Of a stretch of 47,026 bases of DNA, positions 36,496 through 46,903 are shown piece by piece; position 1 is the stretch's first letter, and the number at the start of each line of letters is the position of its first letter. The position numbers were made by a program, and so were the translations under genes. The notes under the pieces were generated by a model, which did not search any database, was not told the DNA's origin, and worked only from the letters and a program-made list of their open reading frames with translations. Origin of the DNA: a virus (lineage: Duplodnaviria; Caudoviricetes); the IMG/VR virus record IMGVR_UViG_3300017747_003292, positions 1 through 47,026 of that record, one strand, 5' to 3'.

Positions 36496-39400
36496 TCATT
36501 CTGATCTTTCTTGCTGTTCTTGGTCTCGTGGGATTTTGCCTAATGACTTTGCCATAGCAATCTTCCGTGCACCTTCGAGCATGTTACTAATTAGCGTCTT
36601 CCTAAGTTTCGGTGTTCGTTCTTCCAATGACTTATTCTTTGCCAAGTTTTCCACCAACCTATTCACCTGCTCCACATACTCATCCTCAAGAACCTTCACC
36701 TGCTCCATTGTCAACTGCTGCCGCTTATCACCCCTTCTAAGGCTAGGCGTATAACCCACTCCATCCACCTCATTCTTCTTTAAGAACTCCCTCACCTTCG
36801 GTTCCAACTTCCCCATCACCCTTTCACTCCTAACACTATCCGTTTCATAGTCCACCGCCCACTTTCCAGTGGGTTTTTTTATGCCCTGCGGTGCCTGCTT
36901 CTCACCACTCTCCGTCTTCTCATTCAACTCCCGGCCCACTTCCCGCAACATCGCATCCCGTAGTTTGATCTTTTCCAAACCATTGGCACCGAGTCTTTTC
37001 TCCAAACTCTTAATCTGCTCGGCATCAAGAGGTTTCCCATTCACCTGCAACATCGTGCCAGCACGGAGGGATGCACCTGCACCTTTGGTCTCCTTCACCT
37101 TCTTAAGTTCGGAAACCCAATCCTCACCAGCCTCAATTGCTTTCTTCACCTTCTGCATTCCACTTCGAATCTCAACTTGATCCTCCGTCCCACCCATCTG
37201 ACCCATAGGCACAAAGCCCGGCTGCTCTTTCCGCCACTTATAGAAAGCCTTCATAGCCACCTCTAGTTCAAGGTCTTTCTCGCTTAACCCACTCACGGCC
37301 AATCCCATTCTAATGGTTCGACTAATAGGTGTTTTGGATTCAAGGAAAGTGGCAATACTCTCCATCTTACCCATACCAGTGTATCTCCCAACCCCCATCC
37401 CCATATCAACCAACTCCTGATTGATAGATGCAGGTGCAGAAAGCTTCACCAATTCCTTAGTGAAGGATTCTCCACCCTTCACATTCTGATTAAGCCTCTG
37501 CATCACCGAGAGGGGGCCACCAAACCCACTCACCAAACTATCCCCTGCAAACTTCAACGACTCTTCCTCTGCTTCCCGCATCGTCTGATAGATACCATAC
37601 AACCCGCCACTCACCCCTGCCAGAATTCCAAGAGTGATTGCACCCTGCAACGTGCGCCCACCAAGCAACCTACCCATCAGCACGCTGTTGTGATACAAAG
37701 GACTCCAACTTGCTTTGCTCGGATTCTTGGCATACGCATGCACATCATCGATCCAATTCCCACCCACACTCCTAAATTGATTCAGGGTCATCTGCGGATA
37801 CTTATGAAACCAAAACGCTGCATTGAACAAACGACTCGCACCCAGCCTGCTCATCTCAGCAGTAGTCTGATTCCCCGTAGTAAGCCACGATGCAGCACGA
37901 TTCTCAAACTGCTTGAGCAATTCCACATCACCATTCACCATCTTGGTGGCCTGCCCCTCATTGAATCCCATCGCACGAAAGAGTGCCTTTGCCCGATTCA
38001 ACGAATACTCACCCATCTTCCCACCCTTAATGGCATCACTATAAACCTTTGCACTAGCCGCAGCAGTGGTCTCCTGAATCTCATTCAAGAACTGTTGACC
38101 AGTGAGAGTCCTCACCCCCGTTGCCACTTGCCTAGCTACCGACCGCATAGGTGAACTCGGATCAAGTGCCATATTATACATCGCCTTGTTGCGGGCACCA
38201 GTCAACTCAAGCTGGTCATAGAACGTATTATCTGTGAGCATCCTTCCAACCGCTTTGCCCATCGTGGTGTATCCCATGAAGATACTTGGACCACCACTCA
38301 ACACTTCCCCGATGTTCACTGGCGCATTCGCACTCAGCATCAACGCCTTGAGCGGAGAACCAATAGTCCCACTCACTGCACCAATTGCGGTAGTTGCCCC
38401 ACCTTTGAACGTATCAAGTGGATGTCCTTGCAGTGCCTTGACTAGGTTGTCAAACTTGACAATATCACTTCCTTTGTCCAGCTCCTTCATGATCGCCTTG
38501 CGGGTGGCTTGGAGTTTGCCGCTCTGCACCCACTGTCCATTGTGCTGAATCAAAGGATACACCTCACGAAACGCAACCGAATGTGCTGTGCGTTGTGCAG
38601 CCTGCTCAAGGTAATTAAATGGATCACTCACCACCACCTCATGCCACCCAGTCGCTGTTTTGATATGTGTGATGGTGCGCGGGAATTTCCGTGTAAAATC
38701 CTGATTGATTCGGTCAAGACTTGCTGCATCACTGCTTGGGTCACCGAGGGTCTGCTTCATCTTGTCGAAGAAGTTCTGCACCTCCTGCACGGGTTTATTG
38801 TTGAGCTTCGCCACACCCTCAATCCACCTATTCCTACCTTCTCCACCATTCACGATGAAGTCATAGCCCACAGTAGTAGGAATACGTTGCAGTTTCCCAC
38901 TCGCCTTAAACCCCGGATTCGCCCGCTCTGCCATCTTACCAATAGCAAGGTTGGCATCAGCTGCGAGTTTTATCCCGCGCTTTGCGTGTAGTGGAGTGGT
39001 CACTGCTCCCTCATTCACCCCAAAGAAGTTGTTAAACGAGGCAAAGGGTGTCACCTCATTACGTCCCCTCATCCACGTAGTGCCCTCCCTCATCATCTTC
39101 CCCACCTGCTTCTTGGCTGGATCAATCACGGGAGTCAATTCACCATACAACTCTTTCCCACGGCTGATGATTTGGCCCGCTTCTTCACTCACCTTCTTAC
39201 CAACTGGTCCACCCAATCGCCCAATCTGTTCCTGCAAAGGTTCTGCATAGGTGCGGATGAAATCCTCACCGGTTTCCTTGACCTTCTTACCAAGGGTGGT
39301 GATGTCCTTCACTGCCTGCTTTGCAACAGGACCAACAGGATTCATATACAACCTACCTTCCACCTGCTCTGGTCTATCCTTCTCAAAGACACTGAATTTC

Positions 39401-42400
39401 TTGTCAGTCTTTGGGAGTGGGTATAGGGTGCCAGAGACATCAGTCTTAGGCGTGCCGTCTGGATTTTTGAAGATGAGGTTGGAGCGAGGACTCGATTTAC
39501 GCAAGGACTTAGCCAATTCTAATGCCTCTTTGTAATCCGCAATCGAAACTGTTTCACCTGTATCTTGATTGGTGACATCCCACTTACCTTTACCGTCTGC
39601 AAAGACAGAAATCTCTGAAACTCTTACTGCATTCTTATGCTCTCCCACACTAACCCTCTCCCCCTTACTCCCAGTCAACTCTTCCGCTATACCATGCAAC
39701 ACTCCCGGCCTTTCAATAGGCGTTTGACCTTCTTTTGCACTAGCCAGAGCTTCTTGTTCTGATTTCCACGGACCGGCTTCTTTGACAAATTTTCCTTCCT
39801 TATCTCGAAGAGTCCAATAAGTCTTGTCGTAGTTGAGGCGCATGCCGGGTTCCTGCTCCACCCCATAATCAATAACTTTCCACCTACCTTTCTCACCACT
39901 ATCAGGTTCGATTACATATTTTTTGTTCGGCGACTCTTTAACTAACTGTTCAGCTGCTTCCCTTGTGAGTAATCCTTTTACATACTTACGTCCGTGCAAA
40001 TCGTGCCCCTCCGTCATCATCGCAGTCTCCGCATCACTCAACATAATATGAGTGGCACCTTCTTTCCGCACTTGATCAATTGTTGCTTTGAGGATTAGAC
40101 GATTGTAGTCGCGGAGGAGAGGGTGACCAGTAGCATCACCCATTTTCTGTTTGAGAGTATTCGCATACTGTTGCGCTTCTTGTTCTGTTGCGAAGCGAGA
40201 GGTAGCACGCTCACCACTACCCCCGAAGCCTGTTCTATTCTGATGAGATACTACCCACGGTTTAGTTTCATCACCAAAAGTTGCAGGTTTGTTTTCTACC
40301 TTAATTTGGTCTAATTGTTTGCGGTGCTCCTGCCCCCACCTACTCTGCCCCTCCGCAAGAAGTGCAATCCGCTTCCCATCAGGAGTTTCAGGAAGGTATT
40401 GAACCATACTCCATCCGAGAGTGTTGGGAAGGTTTTCGTGGAGGTTGTCGGGTTGCCATAACACGTTTCTTTTAATGTTAAAATCATTATTCTTTTGTCG
40501 CTCGACTCGTTCTGCCTTAGAAAGATCAGGATTGTGTGGCACCACCACATCCACCCTCTGCACATTCTTTCCCCCTTTAGTAGTCGTCCACTCAGGCATT
40601 GGTTGAGTAGTGTCGAGAGCGGAGACTGTGGAGTAATAGGAGGTTGCGCGGGGGGAGGTGTCTTTAGGTTCGTGGTATGTAGTAGCTTTTAGTTCAGCAT
40701 ATTGCTGTGCCTTACTTACATCTACACCCAGTTGTCGCAGTCTATCCACATAGGCAGTAGTGCTTTTCTTTTCTATTGTAGCTCTATTTAGCTGATCTAC
40801 TACTAGCTGTGGTGTTTCATCTAGGTTATCATACCACTCATGCGTCATTCTATCATACTCCTTCTTCGCCTCACTCACCTTCCCCTCCATCCCATAACTA
40901 TGAGTCTGCACCTCCACTCCCCCCTCCTGCAACATCTCTGCCGCTTCTTCCGGACTCACCTTCCCCAGCTCCACAATCTTCTTATCCACACCACTCTTCT
41001 CGTAGATGTCCTTCTCAGCGGGAGTCAATTTATTCTTAACTCTATTCCACAACTGCTGCGCATCCACCTTCTTGGTCACATCCTTAAACCCACTCTCCTT
41101 AGGGTCGAGTGCAATACGGGGGCCACTTAGTGCAAAGGTGTCTCCACGCTTCTCCTTTTCTTTCTTCTTGAACTTCTCCACAATAAACGGGAAGGGGTTC
41201 GGCACACTCCCACCCTCTTTGTTCTTCTCAATCGCCCTAGCCATTCCACCACCCATCCCACCACCACTAGGTGCAGCACTAGCAGCCTGTGCCTGTGGCG
41301 GCATCCCACCATACTTATTCTTCACCCTCTCATTCTCCTTCATCACCTCCTGCATCTGAGTGAAACTCTCAGGTTTGTCCATTGTGGGATCATTCTCACG
41401 GATGGCTTTGAGCTTTGCCTGCGCACCTTGATACGCAGCAAGGTCTTCTGGAGTTCCATAGTAGGTGGTGCCCATTGGGTCACCTAGTGGATTGAGATTC
41501 TTAGATGTGGCCATCTTCGCCACTGTGGGTTTCACCGGCACTGCTGGTGCTGTTTCATTTTGAAACACGACTGGAGCCTTAGGTTCCTCAACCTTCACCT
41601 CTGGTTGCACCACACTCTGCCTCGCACTCGGAATCCCCTGAGCCTCCGCAGGCGCACGGAAACTAATCTCACCCCCGCTTGGTTCCACCGGCGGCCTACT
41701 CGGAACAAACACTGGCCTCACTGGTCTTGTTTCATTTTGAAACACAGGCTTCACCTCAGCCTGTTTCTCTCCACCAATAATCACCGGAGCCTGCTGTGCA
41801 GGTCGCACATACTGTTCCCGCGGCACAAACTCCTTTGGTCCACGATACAACTCCACCTGTTCCTTAGGACTCAGCTGACTAATATCCACCGCTTTGCCAG
41901 TAACATCCACCCCAAACCTCGCCGCCCCAGCAGGACGATCAAGTGGACTTCCAGTCGGCATCGTAGGTCTCTCTCCCGGCGCAGGCAACCTCGGAGGTGT
42001 AGCAAACTCCGCCTCCGTAAACGGCAACTCAGGTGCCTTCAACTGAAGACCAGTAGGCGCAACCGGTCTCTGCAACGGTGGCATCACCTCCGGCACAATT
42101 GGTCGAGGCGTATACTGATCCACCAACCCCTTGCCAATCTTCCCACCCAACAACAGATTGATTGCAGTATTATACGCAGCCTCTTCCCGCGCCTGCGGTG
42201 TCTCCCCCGTCACTATCCCCGGTGCACTCTGTAACCCACTCGTCACCATCTGTGGTGCAAACACGGTCGCAGCAAGTTGTCCACCAACACCCTTCCCCGC
42301 AGCCAACGGAAGCGTGGCCACATTCTCCGGCGTAGTCAACCCCTGCACCACCTGCGCAAGCACCCTCGGCAATGCACTCACATCTGGCATCTGTTCCGGA

Positions 42401-42834
42401 CTCGCCATCGGAACATTCACCATTGGTTTTCCAGCACCAAAATACGGGTCTTCCCCCACCTCTTGGGTCAACTGCCCAGTATCCCTATTGATCACAAAAG
42501 GCTTGGGCCTTGGACCATAAAGCTCCCCCGCAATCTGATTAAGTGGAATCGACAACGCAGTCCCAACCCCATGCATCAGTGGTTGCAGCGACAACCAACT
42601 CGCCACATTATTCGCAAGCTCACTCCCCGCCATCCTCCCGCCCCAGCCTTGGACCTCAGGTGGATTAACCACATCCATCCTCCCCTGTGCCGCACCCACC
42701 TCCGCCTGCACCTGTTCACGGGTCTTCTTAACCCTTGTCCCACCACTAGAAAAATCCAATGGCGTGCCCTTGCCGCTAAAGTCCAAAACCCCAGCTTGCA
42801 CTGGGGTTCCTTGACCGCTAAAATCTAATGGCAT
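36496..42834 (-). CDS. Giant internal virion/DNA-ejection (polyvalent) protein, 2112 aa
   Basis: Last gene of the structural arm. Three N-terminal LDFS.GT repeats, a Pro-rich linker, a central 'LLAEGQSRWGQ..HPLL..LILKA..EGATHIMLSD' domain and a helical C-terminal part. Confidence 0.75.
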   Translation of the reverse strand: MPLDFSGQGTPVQAGVLDFSGKGTPLDFSSGGTRVKKTREQVQAEVGAAQGRMDVVNPPEVQGWGGRMAGSELANNVASWLSLQPLMHGVGTALSIPLNQIAGELYGPRPKPFVINRDTGQLTQEVGEDPYFGAGKPMVNVPMASPEQMPDVSALPRVLAQVVQGLTTPENVATLPLAAGKGVGGQLAATVFAPQMVTSGLQSAPGIVTGETPQAREEAAYNTAINLLLGGKIGKGLVDQYTPRPIVPEVMPPLQRPVAPTGLQLKAPELPFTEAEFATPPRLPAPGERPTMPTGSPLDRPAGAARFGVDVTGKAVDISQLSPKEQVELYRGPKEFVPREQYVRPAQQAPVIIGGEKQAEVKPVFQNETRPVRPVFVPSRPPVEPSGGEISFRAPAEAQGIPSARQSVVQPEVKVEEPKAPVVFQNETAPAVPVKPTVAKMATSKNLNPLGDPMGTTYYGTPEDLAAYQGAQAKLKAIRENDPTMDKPESFTQMQEVMKENERVKNKYGGMPPQAQAASAAPSGGGMGGGMARAIEKNKEGGSVPNPFPFIVEKFKKKEKEKRGDTFALSGPRIALDPKESGFKDVTKKVDAQQLWNRVKNKLTPAEKDIYEKSGVDKKIVELGKVSPEEAAEMLQEGGVEVQTHSYGMEGKVSEAKKEYDRMTHEWYDNLDETPQLVVDQLNRATIEKKSTTAYVDRLRQLGVDVSKAQQYAELKATTYHEPKDTSPRATSYYSTVSALDTTQPMPEWTTTKGGKNVQRVDVVVPHNPDLSKAERVERQKNNDFNIKRNVLWQPDNLHENLPNTLGWSMVQYLPETPDGKRIALLAEGQSRWGQEHRKQLDQIKVENKPATFGDETKPWVVSHQNRTGFGGSGERATSRFATEQEAQQYANTLKQKMGDATGHPLLRDYNRLILKATIDQVRKEGATHIMLSDAETAMMTEGHDLHGRKYVKGLLTREAAEQLVKESPNKKYVIEPDSGEKGRWKVIDYGVEQEPGMRLNYDKTYWTLRDKEGKFVKEAGPWKSEQEALASAKEGQTPIERPGVLHGIAEELTGSKGERVSVGEHKNAVRVSEISVFADGKGKWDVTNQDTGETVSIADYKEALELAKSLRKSSPRSNLIFKNPDGTPKTDVSGTLYPLPKTDKKFSVFEKDRPEQVEGRLYMNPVGPVAKQAVKDITTLGKKVKETGEDFIRTYAEPLQEQIGRLGGPVGKKVSEEAGQIISRGKELYGELTPVIDPAKKQVGKMMREGTTWMRGRNEVTPFASFNNFFGVNEGAVTTPLHAKRGIKLAADANLAIGKMAERANPGFKASGKLQRIPTTVGYDFIVNGGEGRNRWIEGVAKLNNKPVQEVQNFFDKMKQTLGDPSSDAASLDRINQDFTRKFPRTITHIKTATGWHEVVVSDPFNYLEQAAQRTAHSVAFREVYPLIQHNGQWVQSGKLQATRKAIMKELDKGSDIVKFDNLVKALQGHPLDTFKGGATTAIGAVSGTIGSPLKALMLSANAPVNIGEVLSGGPSIFMGYTTMGKAVGRMLTDNTFYDQLELTGARNKAMYNMALDPSSPMRSVARQVATGVRTLTGQQFLNEIQETTAAASAKVYSDAIKGGKMGEYSLNRAKALFRAMGFNEGQATKMVNGDVELLKQFENRAASWLTTGNQTTAEMSRLGASRLFNAAFWFHKYPQMTLNQFRSVGGNWIDDVHAYAKNPSKASWSPLYHNSVLMGRLLGGRTLQGAITLGILAGVSGGLYGIYQTMREAEEESLKFAGDSLVSGFGGPLSVMQRLNQNVKGGESFTKELVKLSAPASINQELVDMGMGVGRYTGMGKMESIATFLESKTPISRTIRMGLAVSGLSEKDLELEVAMKAFYKWRKEQPGFVPMGQMGGTEDQVEIRSGMQKVKKAIEAGEDWVSELKKVKETKGAGASLRAGTMLQVNGKPLDAEQIKSLEKRLGANGLEKIKLRDAMLREVGRELNEKTESGEKQAPQGIKKPTGKWAVDYETDSVRSERVMGKLEPKVREFLKKNEVDGVGYTPSLRRGDKRQQLTMEQVKVLEDEYVEQVNRLVENLAKNKSLEERTPKLRKTLISNMLEGARKIAMAKSLGKIPRDQEQQERSE
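41551..41567. repeat. parS-like palindrome copy 9 (intragenic)
   Basis: TGTTTCA-TTT-TGAAACA; encodes VFQNET. Confidence 0.9.
41728..41744. repeat. parS-like palindrome copy 10 (intragenic)
   Basis: TGTTTCA-TTT-TGAAACA; encodes VFQNET. Confidence 0.9.
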
Positions 42835-42837
42835 AAG

Positions 42838-43791
42838 TTAATTCTTTCTGTATTGCTTCTGGTCAGCAGGGTTGATATAATATGATCCACTCGGCAAAGC
42901 ATCAAACTCAGCTTGAGATTGGGGTGAGGCAAACTGAGTAGGTCCACCCTGCAATCCAACACGTGTGTTTCCACTTGGTGCAGGTGCTTGAATCTGTCCA
43001 CCTTTCGGTGCATTCGTAGCCTGATTCAAAAGCTGTGGAATCAACGCTTGAATCGCTTGTGTCACCTGTGCATTCATAGGGTCATCAGGATTGGTCTGTT
43101 CACCAAATGCCATTCCCTGCCCACGAATATTCGCCAAACTCCCAAGCAGTTGCTGATAATTCTGTGGCGCAAACGTCCGCTCTGGTCCCACACTCCCAGC
43201 CACGTTTGGAACCAATGCTTGGCCTTGACTCACAGTTCTAGGACTACTAACCAGCGGCTGCTGATTCATCACATCATACAACATAGCCCCCGGTCCAACC
43301 GTAGCATTCATCTTCGTTCCAGTCGCCATCATCTGTTGCGCCCTCGGATCACCCATCTGCATCATCTTCGCCATACTATCAGGATTAAACCCACTACTCG
43401 GCACCCCACCCATTGCCTCCATCACCCGTGCAATGGCAATATCATTCCTCGGACCCATATCCACACCTTGATTCTGACCCGCCTGCACCATTCCCGCGTT
43501 CCAAAGTGCATCTTTCAACTGCCCCTTCGAGCGTTCGGTGTTTGTCACCTGCCCAGCACGTGCAGTATTAAACCCCGTCACACTCTCCGCCTGTCTCCCC
43601 TGTTGTCCCATCAACTCCCCCCGTTGCCGTGCAATCGCCTCTTGCATGGCCTGCTCTCTCAACTTCAACTGCATCATCTGCTGCGCTTGTGCCTGTTGGT
43701 TCCTCTGCTGCGCCAACCCAAGTGCAATCTGACTTGCAACCTGTCCCAGATGACTCACGCTATTCCCAACATTCTCGTATTGATTAGGCAT
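42838..43791 (-). CDS. Ejection/internal virion protein (Q/M/G-rich)
   Basis: Likely start MPNQYEN at 43791; C-terminal EFDALPSGSYYINP motif; typical position. Confidence 0.6.
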   Translation of the reverse strand: MPNQYENVGNSVSHLGQVASQIALGLAQQRNQQAQAQQMMQLKLREQAMQEAIARQRGELMGQQGRQAESVTGFNTARAGQVTNTERSKGQLKDALWNAGMVQAGQNQGVDMGPRNDIAIARVMEAMGGVPSSGFNPDSMAKMMQMGDPRAQQMMATGTKMNATVGPGAMLYDVMNQQPLVSSPRTVSQGQALVPNVAGSVGPERTFAPQNYQQLLGSLANIRGQGMAFGEQTNPDDPMNAQVTQAIQALIPQLLNQATNAPKGGQIQAPAPSGNTRVGLQGGPTQFASPQSQAEFDALPSGSYYINPADQKQYRKN

Positions 43792-43795
43792 AAAT

Positions 43796-44419
43796 TTAAG
43801 CTTGACCAGCAAACATTCCACCAAAATTACTTCCCGCATCTATCCCGCCAATTGCACCCATTCCACCACCTCCACCTGCTGTGGGATTAGTTGCACCAAA
43901 GCTTCCCGCCGCTCCACCCAATCCTGCAATAATCTTCCCCCACATCGCAAGTTGGTCCTGACTATGTTGTGCATCCTGCATCAACCCCGGGAAAACACTT
44001 GCGTCACCTGCACTAAAGTTACTGATCTTATTAAGTTCATCCTGCAACCTAATCTTACGAATGGCGTCATTCAACCGCCAATCACTATACGCCCCCAACG
44101 TGGCCCTGTTCTGCCCCATCAACCCTCCTTGAATCTGACCTCGTTTGGTCTGTTGCTCGTTGATACCAAGTGGGCTCTGTCCCACCCTATCATACGCATC
44201 CAACCTCCGTTGCTCCCCCTGTCCAAGGTCAATAGCCGCCTGCTCCACCCCCTGCTTTTCCACTGCTGGTTGCCACGTTCCAAAGCTCTGGTTCCTATAC
44301 TTATTCTGGTTGGCGATCTCCCGTCTCGCCACCTGATCCATCTCTGCCGCCGCAAGGTCGGATGCAATCCCTTGCATCACACTCCCTGCGCCCTGTGCAA
44401 TCATTCCGTATGGCATCAT
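43796..44419 (-). CDS. Ejection/internal virion protein
   Basis: 207 aa, G/A/Q-rich, with a Gly-rich hydrophobic tail. Confidence 0.6.
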   Translation of the reverse strand: MMPYGMIAQGAGSVMQGIASDLAAAEMDQVARREIANQNKYRNQSFGTWQPAVEKQGVEQAAIDLGQGEQRRLDAYDRVGQSPLGINEQQTKRGQIQGGLMGQNRATLGAYSDWRLNDAIRKIRLQDELNKISNFSAGDASVFPGLMQDAQHSQDQLAMWGKIIAGLGGAAGSFGATNPTAGGGGGMGAIGGIDAGSNFGGMFAGQA

Positions 44420-45417
44420 AGTGTTGGAGCGAAATAGGTTTGGTTAGTCTGTTGCCCACCCACTGGATTTTGATATCCTTGTAGGAGTTTTTGAATATAG
44501 AATTGGTTCATCACATCACCAAATCCATTGGCTAGAGATGCAAATCCACTAGGACGCTCTGCAATTGAACTCGTGTTGATGGCGGTCTTCAAAGCCTGTG
44601 TTGGGTCCCCGGTTTGATAAAGTTGTTGAATGGCTTGTTGTCTACTCTGTTCGATGGCATTCCGTAATTGGTTACCTTGATTGATGGATTCGTCTGCAAT
44701 CCCCTGCCTACCAGTATTCATTGCCTTCTCCAACTTATACTTCGCCTTATCATCCACCGTGGATCCAGTCAGTCCTACATTAGAAAGCCCAAACAAAGTA
44801 TTATCCCTTGCACTCTGATATTGATCCGCGAGTTGCGGAAGTGCAAAATCAGTATAAGCCTTCTCACGTGCCTGATAGAATTCAGGCTGATACCCCTTAA
44901 AGGTCTTCATCTCCGGGGCATTAAACAACTGCCCCCTAGTCAACTGCTTATTAACCAACTCCCTCGGTGTTGGTGCATCCTTCTTAAACAAACTCATCAA
45001 GGAACTCGCAATACCTCCACTCCCAATCCCAATCGCAGCATCCTTCAACCCGCCGCTCCAATCACCAGTCTTCATGGTATCTCCAAGGCTCCCCATAGAA
45101 CTAAGCACTGGAATGCTCTTCAAAGTTGAATCAACTCCATCCTCTTGCCTTGCAGGTTTGGGTGTATAGTATGGACTAAACTCCCCTTTCTTATTCTGTT
45201 TATAAAACGATTGCTGCTTTCCAAACGTGTTCCACGCAGTCTTCGACAACGGTTGGGTGTTCGCCATTGTATAAAAGGGTGCACTCCCACCACCATACAC
45301 AGCATTCAACTGCTGCATACCAAGGTTTATGATCCCCTGTCTCTTCTTCTCACTCTGCTGCCCCATTGCACCATAATTAGGTGTTCCACCGCCAAAAATT
45401 GCATCAGTAAGTTCCAT
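44416..45417 (-). CDS. Ejection/internal virion protein
   Basis: 333 aa with FGGG N-terminus, PQLADQY..LFGLSNVGLTGS and a coiled coil. Confidence 0.6.
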   Translation of the reverse strand: MELTDAIFGGGTPNYGAMGQQSEKKRQGIINLGMQQLNAVYGGGSAPFYTMANTQPLSKTAWNTFGKQQSFYKQNKKGEFSPYYTPKPARQEDGVDSTLKSIPVLSSMGSLGDTMKTGDWSGGLKDAAIGIGSGGIASSLMSLFKKDAPTPRELVNKQLTRGQLFNAPEMKTFKGYQPEFYQAREKAYTDFALPQLADQYQSARDNTLFGLSNVGLTGSTVDDKAKYKLEKAMNTGRQGIADESINQGNQLRNAIEQSRQQAIQQLYQTGDPTQALKTAINTSSIAERPSGFASLANGFGDVMNQFYIQKLLQGYQNPVGGQQTNQTYFAPTL

Positions 45418-45419
45418 AG

Positions 45420-46811
45420 TTATTTCGTATTACCGAGATTGTAGATGATGTTCACCGAAGAAAGCCGTGGAAGCACAGTGGAATTACCATTATCATCGCT
45501 TTCGATTCTGAGCTTAATATGCGTCCCGTTGCCACTGCAAGCAAATCTACTGATATCATAAGATGAGCCATTGATGATAGTGGGAGAAGATACGGGGTCA
45601 CGCTGGAGAACAGTTACCAAATTATTCGTCTGTGGATTAGTTGCAATCTTCACCTTCCAACTACCTACCGCAGCAAGTTCAATCCCAGTAAATTGTTTTC
45701 TTTGACTGGGACTACCCATATCCATCCAAGGAGTTTCAATATAAGTAGGACTCCAATCCGCAGTATCCGTATCATAGGAATACAGCCTGTTATTACTTCC
45801 AATCAAATACACCACACCCGCAACTACAAACATCTTCACAGGGCGAAAAGATGAATCCGACTTCCACACCGTGCTATCTCCACTCGCCCCTGTGATTGTA
45901 ACACTTGTTCCCTGTGCAGTAAAGGTTCCTTCCTTAAACAAAACTTCTGTTCCGTTGGATAAACTCGTCGCACCTGTTCCCTTCTGCCAATGATACCTAA
46001 CACCAATCGTCAAACCAGTAATCGTGCTTGTTCCAGTTAAAATAGAAACCAATGGCAAATATGTTGGTTCATAACTTGCCCAAGCAGTAATTTTACTCAT
46101 CGGACATTGCGTTAACACATAAATAGTATCATACACAAACACCCAATAGTTCTTCGTCACCGGATCAACAGCAGAACAAATCTTATACCCAGCTGCTTCC
46201 GCTAGCACAATCTTTGCACGAATAATCGAATCAATTGGTGTTCCAATATCACTAACAAAAGCGTCACCAGAAAGTTCCTTCGACTTCAAACTACGTATCC
46301 CAGTCCGGTCAGGATAATAAACATCTACCTCACCAATCGCCTGAATACCTTCTCCATGCTTGGTTCCCGCATTATCAAGAACTTGACTCAAAACCCACTT
46401 ACTCGGATCAGCGTCAATAGTCCAAATTTGAATAGTCTTCTCACCAAAAACAGCAAAGCGATTACCAATCGAACCAAATCCATAGGCACTATCGCCATTA
46501 CCATACTGTGTGGTGAATGGGATAACAGCACTTCCCACATTCTGTTCTTCCCAACCAGTGGGGTCATCAATTGCACTTAATGCAAAACCACCACTAAATC
46601 CAAGCAAGGCACGATTACGGAATTTGAAAACGCTTGTAATAGTCTTTCCACTTATGTTTCCTTTACCTAAAGTAAAGTTCCCCCCAAGCGTAGAGGTCAT
46701 CTCAGCAACCCAATAATCTCCCACTGCCCACGTTCCACCAAAGCGCATCTTGTTGCGCTGGCCATAGTCCTTCACCTCTGCAACACCACCTGAAAAAGCA
46801 TATGTAGCCAT
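45420..46811 (-). CDS. Tail nozzle/stabilization protein (gp10-like, C-terminal portion)
   Basis: Propeller-like SAIDDPTGW, FAVFGEKTIQIW, GIRSL, DIGTPID; ends IETPWMD..KQFTG..IKLRIES..LSSVNIIY. Confidence 0.7.
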   Translation of the reverse strand: MATYAFSGGVAEVKDYGQRNKMRFGGTWAVGDYWVAEMTSTLGGNFTLGKGNISGKTITSVFKFRNRALLGFSGGFALSAIDDPTGWEEQNVGSAVIPFTTQYGNGDSAYGFGSIGNRFAVFGEKTIQIWTIDADPSKWVLSQVLDNAGTKHGEGIQAIGEVDVYYPDRTGIRSLKSKELSGDAFVSDIGTPIDSIIRAKIVLAEAAGYKICSAVDPVTKNYWVFVYDTIYVLTQCPMSKITAWASYEPTYLPLVSILTGTSTITGLTIGVRYHWQKGTGATSLSNGTEVLFKEGTFTAQGTSVTITGASGDSTVWKSDSSFRPVKMFVVAGVVYLIGSNNRLYSYDTDTADWSPTYIETPWMDMGSPSQRKQFTGIELAAVGSWKVKIATNPQTNNLVTVLQRDPVSSPTIINGSSYDISRFACSGNGTHIKLRIESDDNGNSTVLPRLSSVNIIYNLGNTK

Positions 46812-46903
46812 TAGAGTCCTTCTTTATAGGTGCAGATGAACAAAAAGGTAATGTTTTGCACACTCGTTAACTGTGGAACAGAGGAATCACTCACCAAACA
46901 CTT
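46811..46903 (-). CDS. 3' end of the junction-spanning tail protein
   Basis: In frame with 1362..1, reading KCLVSDSSVPQLTSVQNITFLFICTYKEGL*. The stop overlaps the next ATG (TAATG). Confidence 0.8.
   Translation of the reverse strand, partial: KCLVSDSSVPQLTSVQNITFLFICTYKEGL

Noticed and set aside
6850-41744. Palindrome as CRISPR repeat, terminator or att site
   Set aside because: Copies are kilobases apart with no spacer array, stems are AT-rich without U-tracts, and no integrase or cas operon was found.
46805-46850. Programmed -1 frameshift fusing the two tail genes
   Set aside because: The downstream frame has a TAA five codons before its ATG and there is no slippery heptamer in between; TAATG coupling explains the junction.
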